From: Eledone cirrhosa | Lineage: Eukaryota | Length of the DNA stretch: 64,000 nt | NCBI GenBank assembly: GCA_964016885.1 | Contig: OZ024743.1 | Location: 306,094,001-306,158,000 of the forward strand | Direction of reading: 5' to 3' | Made by a program: the position numbers and the translations under genes | The notes under the pieces: generated by a model | Database searches by the model: none | Told to the model about the DNA's origin: nothing | The model's input: only the letters and a program-made list of their open reading frames with translations | Shown here: one piece after another, positions 1 to 15,000 of the stretch | Position numbering within the stretch: position 1 is the first letter of the stretch | Layout: every line of letters begins with the position of its first letter

Positions 1-3000
1 TACCACCTTACCATTGGTATTAAAGGTAGCTGATGGTAGTGTGATATGTATGGTAGATCTACCACCTTATCATTGGTATTAAGGTTAGCTGATGGTAATG
101 TGAGAATGTATGGTAGATCTACCACCTTACCATTGGTATTAAAGGTAGCTGATGGTAGTGTGATATGTATGGTAGATCTAGCAATTTACCATTGGTATTA
201 AGGTTAGATGATGGTAATGTGAGAATGTATGGTAGATCTACCACCTTACCATTGGTATTAAACGTAGCTGATGGTAGTGTGTTATGCATGGTAGATCTAC
301 CACCTTACCATTGGTATTAAAATTAGCTGATGGTAATGTGAGAATGTATGGTAGATATGCCACCTTACCATTGGAATTCAGGTTAGCTGATGGTAATGTG
401 AGAATGTATGGTAGATCTCCCACCTTACCATTGGCATTAAGGGTAGCTGATGGTAATGTGAGAATGTATGGTAGATCTACCACCTTACCATTGGTATTAA
501 GGTTAGCTGATGGTAGTGTGATATGTATGGTAGATCTACCACCTTACCATTGGTATTAAGATTATCTGATGGTAATGTCATAATGTATGGTAGATATGCC
601 ACCTTACCATTGGTATTAAGGGTAGTTGATGGTAGTGTGATATGTATGGTAGATCTACCAACTTATCATTGGTATTAAGGTTAGCTTATGGTAATGTGAG
701 AATGTATGGTTGATCTCCCACCTTATCATTGGTATTAAGGTTAGCTGATGGTAACGTGAGAATGTATGGTAGATGTCCCACCTTATCATTGGTATTAAGG
801 TTAGCTGATGGTAATGTGAGAATGTATGGTAGATCTACCACCTTATCATTGGTATTAAGGTTAGCTGATGGTAATGTGAGAATGTATGGTAGATCTCCCA
901 CCTTACCATTGGTATTAAGGGTAGTTGATGGTAGTGTGATATGTATGGTAGATCTACCACCTTACCATTGGTATTAAGGGTAGCTAATGGTAATGTGAGA
1001 ATGTATGGTAGATCTCCCACCTTACCATTGGTATTAAGAGTAGTTGCTTGTAGTGTGATATGTATGCTAGATCTAACACCTTACCATTGGTATTAAGGGT
1101 AGTTGATGGTAGTGTGATATGTATGGTAGATCTACCACCTTACCATTGGTATTAAGGGTATCTGATGGTAATGTGAGAATGTATGGTAGATCTACCACCT
1201 TACCATTGGTATTAAGGTTAGCTGATGGTAGTGTGATATGTATGGTAAATCTACCACCTTACCATTGGTATTAAGTCTAGCTGATGGTAATGTGAGAATA
1301 TATGGTAGATCTACCTCCTTACAATTGGTATTAAAGGTAGCTGATGGTAGTGTGATATGTATGGTAGAACTACCACCTTACCATTGGTATTAAGATTAGC
1401 TGATGGTAATGTGAGAATGTATGGAAGATATGCCACCTTACCATTGGTATTAAGGGTAGCTGATGGTAATGTGACAATGTATGGTAAATATGCCACCTTA
1501 CCATTGGTATTAAGGGTAGCTGATGGTAGTGTGATATGTATGGTAGATCCTCCACCTTATCATTGGTATTAAGGTTAGCTGATGGTAGTGTGATATGTAT
1601 GGTAGATCTACCACCTTACCATTGGTATTAAGGGTAGCTGATGGTAATGTGAGAATGTATTGTAGATCTACCTCCATACAATTGGTATTAAAGGTAGCTG
1701 ATGGTAGTCTGAGAATGTATGTATTGTAGATCTCCCACCTTACCATTGGTATTAAGGGTAGCTAATGGTAGTGTGATATGTATGGTATTTCTACCACCTT
1801 ACCATTGGTATTAAGGGTAGCTGATGGTAGTGTGATATGCATGGTAGATATACCACCTTATCATTGGTATTAAGGTTAGCTGATGGTAATGTGAGAATGT
1901 ATGGTAGATCTACCACCTTACCATTGGTATTAAGGGTAGCTAATGGTAATGTGAGAATGTGTGGTAGATCTCCCACCTTACCATTGGTATTAAGGGTAGC
2001 TGATGGTAGTGTGATATGTATGGTAGATCTACCACCTTACCATTGGTATTAAGGGTAGCTGATGGTAGTGTGATATGTATGGTAGAACTACCACCTTACC
2101 ATTGGTATTAAGATTAGCTGATGGTAATGTGAGAATGTATGGAAGATATGCCACCTTACCATTGGTATTAAGGATAGCGGATGGTAGTGTGACATGTATG
2201 GTAGATCCTCCACCTTATCATTGGTATTAAGGGTAGCTGATGGTATTGTGAGAATGTATGCTAGATCTACAACCTTACCATTGGTATTAAGGGTAGCTAA
2301 TGGTAATGTGAGAATGTATGGTAGTTCGACCACCTTACTATTGGTATTCAGGTTAGCTGATGGTAGTGTGATATGTATGGTAGATCTACCACCTTACCAT
2401 TGGTATTAAGATTAGCTGATGGTAATGTGAGAATGTATGGAAGATATGCCACCTTACCATTGGTATTAAGGGTAGCTGATGGTAATGTGACAATGTATGG
2501 TAGATATGCCACCTTACCATGGTATTAAGGGTAGCTGATGGTAGTGTGATATGTATGGTAGATCCTCCACCTTATCATTGTTATTAAGGTTAGCTGATGG
2601 TAGTGTGATATGTATGTTAGATCTACCACCTTACCATTGGTATTAAGGGTAGCTAATGGTAATGTGAGAATATATGGTAGCTCTCCCACCTTACCATTGG
2701 TATTAAGGGTAGCTGATGGTAGTGTGATATGTATGGTAGAACTACCACCTTACCATTGGTATTAAGATTAGCTGATGGTAATGTGAGAATGTATGGAAGA
2801 TATGCCACCTTACCATTGGTATTAAGGGTAGCTGATGGTAATGTGACAATGTATGGTAGATATGCCACCTTACCATTGGTATTAAGGGTAGCTGATGGTA
2901 GTGTGATATGTATGGTAGATCCTCCACCTTATCATTGGTATTAAGGTTAGCTGATGGTAGTGTGATATGTATGGTAGATCTACCACCTTACCATTGGTAT

Positions 3001-6000
3001 TAAGGGTAGCTGATGGTAATGTGAGAATGTATTGTAGATCTACCTCCTTACAATTGGTATTAAAGGTAGCTGATGGTAGTCTGAGAATGTATGTATTGTA
3101 GATCTCCCACCTTACCATTGGTATTAAGGGTAGCTAATGGTAGTTTGATATGTATGGTATATCTACCACCTTACCATTGGTATTAAAGGTAGCTGATGGT
3201 ATTGTGAGAATGTATGGTAGATCTGCCCCCTTACCATTGGTATTAAGAGTAGCTGATGGTAGTGTGAGAATGTATGGTAGATCTCCCACCTTACCATTGG
3301 TATTAAGGTTAGCTGATGGTAATGTGAGAATGTATGGTAGATCTACCAACTTACCATTGGTATTAAAGGTAGCTGATGGTAGTGTGATATGTATGGTAGA
3401 TCTACCACCTTACCATTGGTATTAAGATTAGCTGATGGTAATGTGAGAATGTATGGTAGATATGCCACCTTACCATTGGTATTAAAGGTAGCAGATGGTA
3501 TTGTGAGAATGTATGGTAGATCTGCCCCCTTACCATTGGTATTAAGAGTAGCTGATGGTAGTGTGAGAATGTATGGTAGATCTCCCACCTTACCATTGGT
3601 ATTAAGGTTAGCTGGTGGTAATGTGAGAATGTATGGTAGATCTACCAACTTACCATTGGTATTAAGGGTAGCTGATGGTAGTGTGATATGCATGGTAGAT
3701 CTACCACCTTATCATTGGTATTAAGGTTAGCTGATGGTAATGTGAGAATGTATGGTAGATCTACCACCTTACCATTGGTATTAAGGGTAGCTAATGGTAA
3801 TGTGAGAATGTGTGGTAGATCTCCCACCTTACCATTGGTATTAAGGGTAGCTGATGTTAGTGTGATATGTATGGTAGATCTACCACCTTACCATTGGTAT
3901 TAAGGGTAGCTGATGGTAGTGTGATATGTATGGTAGAACTACCACCTTACCATTGGTATTAAGATTAGCTGATAGTAATGTGAGAATGTATGGAAGATAT
4001 GCCACCTTACCATTGGTATTAAGGATAGCGGATGGTAGTGTGACATGTATGGTAGATCCTCCACATTATCATTGGTATTAAGATTAGCTGATGGTAATGT
4101 GAGAATGTATGGAAGATATGCCACCTTACCATTGGTATTAAGGGTAGCGGATGGTAGTGTGTTATGCATGGTAGATATACCACCTTACCATTGGTATTAA
4201 GGGTAGCTGATGAAAATGTGAGAATGTATGGTAGATCTCCCACCTTACCATTGGTATTAAGGGTAGCTGATGGTATTGTGAGAATGTATGCTAGATCTAC
4301 AACCTTACCATTGGTATTAAGGGTAGCTAATGGTAATGTGAGAATGTATGGTAGATCGACCACCTTACTATTGGTATTCAGGTTAGCTGATGGTAGTGTG
4401 ATATGTATGGTAGATCTACCACCTTACCATTGGTATTAAGATTAGCTGATGGTAATGTGAGAATGTATGGAAGATATGCCACCTTACCATTGGTATTAAG
4501 GGTAGCTGATGGTAATGTGACAATGTATGGTAGATATGCCACCTTACCATGGTATTAAGGGTAGCTGATGGTAGTGTGATATGTATGGTAGATCCTCCAC
4601 CTTGTCATTGTTATTAAGGTTAGCTGATGGTAGTGTGATATGTATGTTAGATCTACCACCTTACCATTGGTATTAAGGGTAGCTAATGGTAATGTGAGAA
4701 TATATGGTAGCTCTCCCACCTTACCATTGGTATTAAGGGTAGCTGATGGTAGTGTGATATGTATGGTAGATCTACCACCTTACAATTGGTATTAAGGGTA
4801 GCTAATGGTGATGTGAGAATGTATGGTAGATCTACCACATTACCATTGGTATTAAGGTTAGCTGATGGTAATGTGAGAATGTATGGTAGATCTACCTCCT
4901 TACAATTGGTATTAAAGGTAGCTGATGGTAGTCTGATATGTATGGTAGAACTACCACCTTACCATTGGTATTAAGATTAGCTGATGGTAATGTGAGAATG
5001 TATGGAAGATATGCCACCTTACCATTGGTATTAAGGGTAGCTGATGGTAGTGTGATATGTATGGTAGATCCTCCACCTTATCATTGGTATTAAGGTTAGC
5101 TGATGGTAGTGTGATATGTATGGTAGATCTACCACCTTACCATTGGTATTAAGGGTAGCTGATGGTAGTCTGAGAATGTATGTATTGTAGATCTCCCACC
5201 TTACCATTGGTATTAAGGGTAGCTAATGGTAGTGTGATATGTATGGTATATCTCCCACCTTACCATTGGTATTAAAGGTAGCTGATGGTATTGTGAGAAT
5301 GTATGGTAGATCTGCCCCCTTACCATTGGTATTAAGAGTAGCTGATGGTAGTGTGAGAATGTATGGTAGATCTCCCACCTTACCATTGGTATTAAGGTTA
5401 GCTGATGGTAATGTGAGAATGTATGGTAGATCTACCAACTTACCATTGGTATTAAAGGTAGCTGATGGTAGTGTGATATGTATGGTAGATCTACCACCTT
5501 ACCATTGGTATTAAGATTAGCTGATGGTAATGTGAGAATGTATGGTAGATATGCCACCTTACCATTGGTATTAAGGGTAGCTGATGGTAGTGTGATATAC
5601 ATGGTAGATCTACCACCTTATCATTGGTATTAAGGTTAGCTGATGGTAATGTGAGAATGTATGGTAGATCTACCACCTTACCATTGGTGTTAAGGGTAGC
5701 TAATGGTAATGTGAGAATGTATGGTAGATCTCCCACCTTACCATTGGTATTAAGGGTAGCTGATTGTAGTGTGATATGTATGGTAGATCTACCACCTTAC
5801 CATTGGTATTACGGGTAGCTGATGGTAGTGTGATATGTATGGTAGAACTACCACCTTACCATTGGTATTAAGATTAGCTGATGGTAATGTGAGAATGTAT
5901 GGAAGATATGCCACCTTACCATTGGTATTAAGGGTAGCGGATGGTAGTGTGATATGTATGGTAGATCCTCCACCTTATCATTGGTATTAAGGTTAGCTGA

Positions 6001-9000
6001 TGGTAGTGTGTTATGTATGGTAGATCTACCACCTTACCATTGGTATTAAGGGAAGCTGATGAAAATGTGAGAATGTATGGTAGATCTCCCAACTTACCAT
6101 TGGTATTAAGGGTAGCTGATGGTATTGTGAGAATATATGCTAGATCTACAACCTTACCATTGGTATTAAGGGTAGCTAATGGTAATGTGACAATGTATGG
6201 TAGATCGACCACCTTACTATTGGTATTCAGGTTAGCTGATGGTAGTGTGATATGTATGGTAGATCTACCACCTTACCATTGACATTAATGGTAGCTGATG
6301 GTAATGTGATAATGTATGGTAGATCTACCTCCTTACAATTGGTATTAAAGGTAGCTGATGGTAGTGTGATATGTATGGTAGAACTACCACCTTACCATTG
6401 GTATTAAGATTAGCTGATGGTAATGTGAGAATGTATGGTAGATATGCCACCTTACCATGGTATTAAGGGTAGCTGATGGTAGTGTGATATGTATGGTAGA
6501 TCCTCCCTCTTATCATTGGTATTAAGGTTAGCTGATGGTAGTGTGATATGTATGTTAGATCTACCACCTTACCATTGGTATTAAGGGTAGCTAATGGTAA
6601 TGTCATAATGTATGGTAGATATGCCACCTTACCATTGGTATTAAGGGTAGCTGATGGTAGTGTGATATGTATTGTAGATCTACCACCTTACAATTGGTAT
6701 TAAGGGTAGCTAATGGTGATGTGAGAATGTATGGTAGATCTACCACCTTACCATTGGTATTAAGGTTAGCTGATGGTAATGTGAGAATGTATGGTAGATC
6801 TCCCACCTTACCATTGGTATTAAGGGTAGTTGATGGTAGTTTGATATGTATGGTAGATCTACCACCTTACCATTGGTATTAAGGGTAGCTGATGATAATG
6901 TGAGAATGTATGGTAGATCTCCCACCTTACCATTGGTATTAAGGGTAGTTGATGGTAGTGTGATATGTATGGTAGATCTACCAACTTACCATTGGTATTA
7001 AAGGTAGCTGATGGTAGTGTGATATGTATGGTAGAACTACCACCTTACAATTGGTATTAAGGTTAGCTGATGGTAATGTGAGAATGTATGGAAGATATGC
7101 CACCTTACCATTGGTATTAAGGGTAGCTGATGGTAATGTGACAATGTATGGTAGATACGCCACCTTACCATTGGTATTAAGGGTAGCGGATGGTAGTGTG
7201 ATATGTATGGTAGATCCTCCATCTTATCATTGGTATTAAGGTTAGCTGATGGTAGTGTGATATGTATGGTAGATCTACCACCTTACCATTGGTATTAAGG
7301 GTAGCTGATGGTAATGTGAGAATGTATGGTAGATCTACCTCCTTACAATTGGTATTAAGGGTAGCTGATGGTAGTGTGAGAATGTATGGTAGATCTCCCA
7401 CCTTACCATTGGTATTAAGGGTAGCTGATGGTAGTGTGATATGTATGGTATATCTACCACATTACCATTGGTATTAAAGGTAGCTGATGGTAATGTGAGA
7501 ATGTATGGTAGATCTCCCCCCCTTACCATTGGTATTAAGGGTAGCTGATGGTAGTGTGAGAATGTATGCTAGATCTCCCACCTTACCATTGGTATTAAGG
7601 TTAGCTGATGGTAATGTGAGAATGTATGGTAGATCTACCACCTTACCATTGGTATTAAAAGTAGCTGATGGTAGTGTGATATGTATGGTAGATCTACTAC
7701 CTTACCATTGGTATTAAGATTAGCTGATGGTAATGTGAGAATGTATGGTACATATGCCACCTTACCATTGGTATTAAGGGTAGCTGATGGTAGTGTGATA
7801 TGCATGGTAGATCTACCACCTTATCATTGGCATTAAGGTTAGCTGATGGTAATGTGAGAATGTATGGTAAATCTACCACCTTACCATTGATATTAAGGGT
7901 AGCTAATGGTAATGTGAAAATGTATGGTAGCTCTCCCACCTTACCATTGGTATTAAGGGTAGCTGACGGTAGTGTGATATGTATGGTAGATCTACCACCT
8001 TACAATTGGTATTAAGGGTAGCTACTGGTGATGTGAGAATGTATGGTAGATCTACCACCTTACCATTGGTATTAAGGTTAGCTGATGGTAATGTGAGAAT
8101 GTATGGTAGATCTCCCACCTTACCATTGGTATTAAGGGGAGTTGATGGTAGCATGATATGTATGGTAGATCTACCACCTTACCATTGGTATTAAGGGTAG
8201 CTGATGATAATGTGAGAATGTATGGTAGATCTCCCACTTTACCATTGTATTAAGGGTAGCTGATGGTAGTGTGATATGTATCGTAGATCTACCACCTTAC
8301 CATTGGTATTAAGGGTAGGTAATGGTAATGTGAGAGTGTATGGTAGCTCTCCCACCTTACCATTGGTATTAAGGGTAGCTGATGGTAGTGTGATATTTAT
8401 GGTAGATCTACCACCTTACAATTGGTATTAAGGGTAGCTAATGGTAATGTGAGAATGTATGGTAGATCTACCACCTTACCATTGGTATTAAGGTTAGCTG
8501 ATGGTAATGTGAGAATGTATGGTAGATCTACCACCTTACCATTGGTATTAAAGGTAGCTGATGGTAGTGTGATATGTATGGTAGATCTACCACCTTACCA
8601 TTGATATTAAGGGTAGCTAATGGTAATGTGAGAATGTATGGTAGATCTCCCACCTTACCATTGGTATTAAGGTTAGCTGATGGTAATGTGAGAATGTATG
8701 GTAGATCTACCACTTTACCATTGGTGTTAAAGGTAGCTGATGGTAGTGTGATATGTATGATAGAAGTACCACCTTACCATTGGTATTAAAGGTAGCTGAT
8801 GGTAATGTGAGAGTGTATGGTACATCTACCACCTTACCATTTGTATTAAAGGTAGCTGATGGTAATGTGATAACCTATGGTAGATCTACCACCTTACCAT
8901 TGGTATTAAAGGTAGCTGATGGTAATGTGAGAATGTATGGTAGATCTACCACCTTACCATTGGTATTAAAGGTAGCTGATGGTAATGTGAGAATGTATGG

Positions 9001-12000
9001 AAGATCTCCCACCTTACCATTGGTATTAAGGGTAGCTGATGATAATGTGAGAATGTATGGTAGATCTCCCACCTTACCTTTGGTATTAAGGGTAGCTGAT
9101 GGTAGTGTGATATGTATGGCAGATCCTCCACCTTATCATTGGTATTAAGGTTAGCTGATGGTAGTGTGAGAATGTAAGGTAGATATGCCACCTTACCATT
9201 GGTATTAGGGGTAGCTGGTGGTAGTGTGATATGTATGTTATATCTACCACCTTACCATTGATATTAAGGTTAGCTAATGGTAATGTGAAAATGTATGGTA
9301 GCTCTCCCACCTTACCATTGGTATTAAGGGTAGCTGATGGTAGTGTGATATGTATGGTAGATCTACCACCTTACAATTGGTATTAAGCGTAGCTAATGGT
9401 GATGTGAGAATGTATGGTAGATCTACCACCTTACCATTGGTATTAAGGTTAGCTGAAGGTAATGTGAGAATGTATGGTAGATCTCCCACCTTACCATTGG
9501 TATTAAGGGGAGTTGATGGTAGCATGATATGTATGGTAGATCTACCACCTTACCATTGGTATTAAGGGTAGCTGATGATAATGTGAGAATGTATGGTAGA
9601 TCTCCCACCTTATCATTGGTATTAAGGGTAGTTGATGGTAGTGTGATATGTATGGTAGATCTACCAACTTACCATTGGTATTAAGGGTAGCTAATGGTAA
9701 TGTGAGAATGTATGGTAGATCTCCCACTTTACCATTGTATTAAGGGTAGCTGATGGTAGTGTGATATGTATCGTATATCTACCACCTTACCATTGGTATT
9801 AAGGGTAGCTAATGGTAATGTGAGAGTGTATGGTAGCTCTCCCACCTTACCATTGGTATTAAGGGTAGCTGATGGTAGTGTGATATGTATGGTAGATCTA
9901 CCACCTTACAATTGGTATTAAGGGTAGCTAATGGTAATGTGAGAATGTATGGTAGATCTACCACCTTACCATTGGTATTAAGGTTAGCTGATGGTAATGT
10001 GAGAATGTATGGTAGATCTACCACTTTACCATTGGTGTTAAAGGTAGCTGATGGTAGTGTGATATGTATGATAGAAGTACCACCTTACCATTGGTATTAA
10101 AGGTAGCTGATGGTAATGTGAGAATGTATGGTACATCTACCACCTTACCATTTGTATTAAAGGTAGCTGATGGTAATGTGATAATCTATGGTAGATCTAC
10201 CACCTTACCATTGGTATTAAAGGTAGCTGATGGTAATGTGAGAATGTATGGTAGATCTACCACCTTACCATTGGTATTAAATGTAGCTGATGGTAATGTG
10301 AGAATGTATGGAAGATATGCCACCTTACCATTGGTATTAAAGATAGCTGATGATAATGTGAGCATGTATGGTAGATCTCCCACCTTACCATTGGTATTAA
10401 GGGTAGCTGATGATAATGTGAGAATGTATGGTAGATCTCCCACCTTACCATTGGTATGAAGGGTAGCTGATGGTAGTGTGATATGTATGGCAGATCCTCC
10501 ACCTTATCATTGGTATTAAGGTTAGCTGATGGTAGTGTGATATGTATGGTAGATCTACCACCTTACCATTGGTATTAAGGGTAGCTGGTGGTAATGTGAG
10601 AATGTATGGTAGATCTACCTCTTTACAATTGGTATTAAAGGTAGCTGATGGTAGTGTGATAATGTATGGTAGATCTCCCACCTTACCATTGGTATTAAGT
10701 GTAGCTGATGATAATGTGAGAATGTATGGTAGATCTCCCACCTTACCATTGGTATTAAGGGTAGCTGATGGTAGTGTGAGAATGTATTCTAGATCTCCCA
10801 CCTTACCATTGGTATTAAGGTTAGCTGATGGTAGTGTGAGAATGTATGCTAGATCTACCACCTTACCATTGGTATTAAAGATAGCTGATGGTAGTGTGAT
10901 ATGTATGGTAGATCTACCACCTTACCATTGGTATTACGATTAGCTGATGGTAATGTGAGAATGTATGGTAGATATGCCACCTTACCATTGTTATTAAGGG
11001 TAGCTGATGGTAGTGTGATATGCATGGTAGATCTATCACCTTATCATTGGTATTAAGGTTAGCTGATGGTAATGTGACAATGTATGGTAGATCTACCACC
11101 TTACCATTGGTGTTAAGGGTAGCTAATGGTAATGTGAGAATGTATGGAAGATATGCCACCTTACCATTGGTATTAAGGGTAGCTGATGGTAGTGTGATAT
11201 GTATGGTACATCTACCACCTTACCATTGGTATTAAGGGTAGCTAATGGTAATGTGAAAATGTATGGTAGCTCTCCCAACTTACCATTGGTATTAAGGGTA
11301 GCTGATGGTAGTGTGATATGTATGGTAGATCTACCACTTTACAATTGGTATTAAGGGTAGCTAATGGTGATGTGAGAATGTATGGTAGATCTACCACCTT
11401 ACCATTGGTATTAAGGTTAGCTGATATTAATGTGAGAATGTATGGTAGATCTCCCACCTTACCATTGGTATTAAGGGTAGTTGTTGGTAGTGTGATATGT
11501 ATGGTAGATCTACCACCTTACCATTGGTATTAAAAGTAGCTGATTGTAATGTGAGAATGTATGGTAGATCTCCCACCTTACCATTGGTATTAAGGGTAGT
11601 TGATGGTAGTGTGATATATATGGTAGATCTACCAACTTACCATTGGTATTAAGATTAGCTGATGGTAATGTGAGAATGTATGGAAGATCTCCCACCTTAC
11701 CATTGGTATTAAGGGTAGTTTATGGTAGTGTGATATATATGGTAGCTCTCCCAACTTACCATTGGTATTACGGGTAGCTGATGGTAATGTGACAATATAT
11801 GGTAGATATGCCACCTTACCATTGGTATTAAGGGTAGCGGATGGTAGTGTGATATGTATGGCAGATCCTCCACCTTATCATTGGTATGACGGTTAGCTGA
11901 TGGTAGTGTGATATGTATGGTAGATCTACCACCTTACCATTGGTATTAAGGGTAGCTGATGGTAATGTGAGAATGTATGGTAGATCTACCTCCTTACAAT

Positions 12001-15000
12001 TGGTATTAAAGTTAGCTGATGATAGTGTGAGAATGTATGGTAGATCTCCCACCTTACCATTGGTATTAAGGGAAGCTGATGGTAGTGTGATATGTATGGT
12101 ATACCTACCACCTTACCATTGGTATTAAAGGTAGCTGATTGTATTGTGAGAATGTATGGTAGATCTACCACCTTACCATTGGTATTAAAGATAGCTGATG
12201 GTAATGTGAGAATGTATGGTAGATCTACCACCTTACCATTGGTATTAAGGGTAGCTGATGGTAATGTGAGAATGTATGGAAGATATGCCACCTTACCATT
12301 GGTATTAAGGGTTGCTGATGGTAGTGTTATATGCATGGTAGATCTCCCACCTTACCATTGGTATTAAGGATAGTTGATGGTAGTGTGATATGTATGGTAG
12401 ATCTACCACCTTACCATTGGTAATAAGGGTAGCTGATGATAATGTGAGAATGTATGGTAGATCTCCCACCTTACCATTGGTATTAAGGGTAGTTGATGGT
12501 AGTGTGATATGTATGGTAGATCTACCAACTTACAATTGGTATTAATGGTAGCTGATGGTAGTGTGATATGTATGGTAGAACTACCACCTTACCATTGATA
12601 TTAAGATTAGCTGATGGTAATGTGAGAATGTATGGAAGATATGCCACCTTACCATTGGTATTAAGGGTAACTGATGGTAATGTGACAATGTATGCTAGAT
12701 ATGCCGCCTTACCATTGGTATTAAGGGTATCGGATGGTAGTGTGATATGTATGGTAGATCCTCCACCTTATCATTGGTATTAAGGTTAGCTGATGGTAGT
12801 GTGATATGTATGGTAGATCTACAACCTTACCATTGGTATTAAGGCTAGCTGATGATAATGTGAGAATGTATGGTAGATCTCCCACCTTACCATTGCTATT
12901 AAGGGTATCTGATGGTATTGTGAGAATGTATGCTAGATCTACAACCTTACCATTGGTATTAAGATTAGCTGATGGTAATGTGAGAATGTATGGTAGATAT
13001 GCCACCTTACCATTGGTTTTAAGGGTAGCTGATGGTAGTGTGATATGTATGGTAGATCTACCACCTTATCATTGGTATTAAGGTTAGCTGATGGTAATGT
13101 GAGAATGTATGGTAGATCTACCACCTTACCATTGGTATTAAGGGTAGCTAATGGTAATGTGAGAATGTATGGTAGATCTCCCACTTTCCCATTGTATTAA
13201 GGGTAGCTGATGGTAGTGTGATATGTATAGTAGATCTACCACCTTACCATTGGTATTAAGGTTAGCTGATGGTAATGTGTGAATGTATGGTAGATCTACC
13301 ACCTTACCATTGGTATTAAGGGTAGCTAATGGTAATGTGAGAATGTATGGTAGATCTCCCACTTTCCCATTGTATTAAGGGTAGCTGATGGTAGTGTGAT
13401 ATGTATGGTAGATCTACCACCTTACCATTGGTATTAAGGGTTACTAATGGTAATGTGAGAGTGTATGGTAGCTCTCCCACCTTACCATTGGTATTAAGGG
13501 TAGCTGATGGTAGTGTGATATGTATGGTAGATCTACCACCTTACAATTGGTATTAAGGGTAGCTAATGGTAATGTGAGAATGTATGGTAGATCTACCACC
13601 TTACCATTGGTATTAAGGTTAGCTCATGGTAATGTGAGAATGTATGGTAGCTCTCCCACCTTACCATTGGTATTAAGGGTAGCTGATGGTAGTGTGATAT
13701 GTATGGTAGATCTACCACCTTACAATTGGTATTAAGGGTAGCTAATGATAATGTGAGAATGTATGGTAGATCTACCACCTTACCATTGGTATTAAGGTTA
13801 GCTGATGGTAATGTGAGAATGTATGGTAGATCTACCACCTTACCATTGGTATTAAAGGTAGCTGATGGTAGTGTGATATGTATCGTAGATCTACCACCTT
13901 ACCATTGATATTAAGGGTAGCTAATGGTAATGTGAGAATGTATGGTAGATCTCCCACCTTACCATTGGTATTAAGGTTAGCTGATGGTAATGTGAGAATG
14001 TATGGTACATCTACCACCTTACCATTGATATTAAAGGTAGCTGATGGTAATGTGATAATCTATGGTAGATCTACCACCTTACCATTGGAATTAAAGGTAG
14101 CTGATGGTAATGTGAGAATGTATGGTAGATCTACCACCTTACCATTGGTATTAAAGGTAGCTGATGGTAATGTGAGAATGTATGGTAGATCTCCCACCTT
14201 ACCATTGGTATTAAGGGTAGTTGATGGTAGTGTGATATGTATGGTAGATCTACCACCTTACCATTGGTATTAAGGGTAGCTGATGATAATGTGAGAATGT
14301 ATGGTAGATCTCCCACCTTACCATTGGTATTAAGGGTAGTTGATGGTAGTGTGATATGTATGGTAGATCTACCAACTTACCATTGGTATTAAAGGTAGCT
14401 GATGGTAGTGTGATATGTATGGTAGAACTACCACCTTACCATTGATATTAAGATTAGCTGATGGTAATGTGAGAATGTATGGAAGATATGCCACCTTACC
14501 ATTGGTATTAAGGGTAACTGATGGTAATGTGACAATGTATGGTAGATATGCCGCCTTACCATTGGTATTAAGGGTAGCGGATGGTAGTGTGATATGTATG
14601 GTAGATCCTCCACCTTATCATTGGTATTAAGGTTAGCTGATGGTAGTGTGATATGTATGGTAGATCTACCACCTTACCATTGGTATTAAGGGTATCTGAT
14701 GGTAATGTGAGAATGTATGGTAGATCTACCACCTTACCATTGGTATTAAAGGTAGCTGATGGTAGTGTGATATGTATGGTAGATCTACCACCTTACCATT
14801 GGTATTAAGGGTAGCTGATTTTAATGTGAGAATGTATGGTAGATATGCCACCTTACCATTGGTATTAAGGGTAGCTGATTGTAATGTGAGAATGTATGGT
14901 AGATATGCCACCTTACCATTGGTATTAAGGGTAGCTGATGGTAGTGTGATATGTATGGTAGATCTACCACCTTATCATTGGTATTAAGGTTAGCTGATGG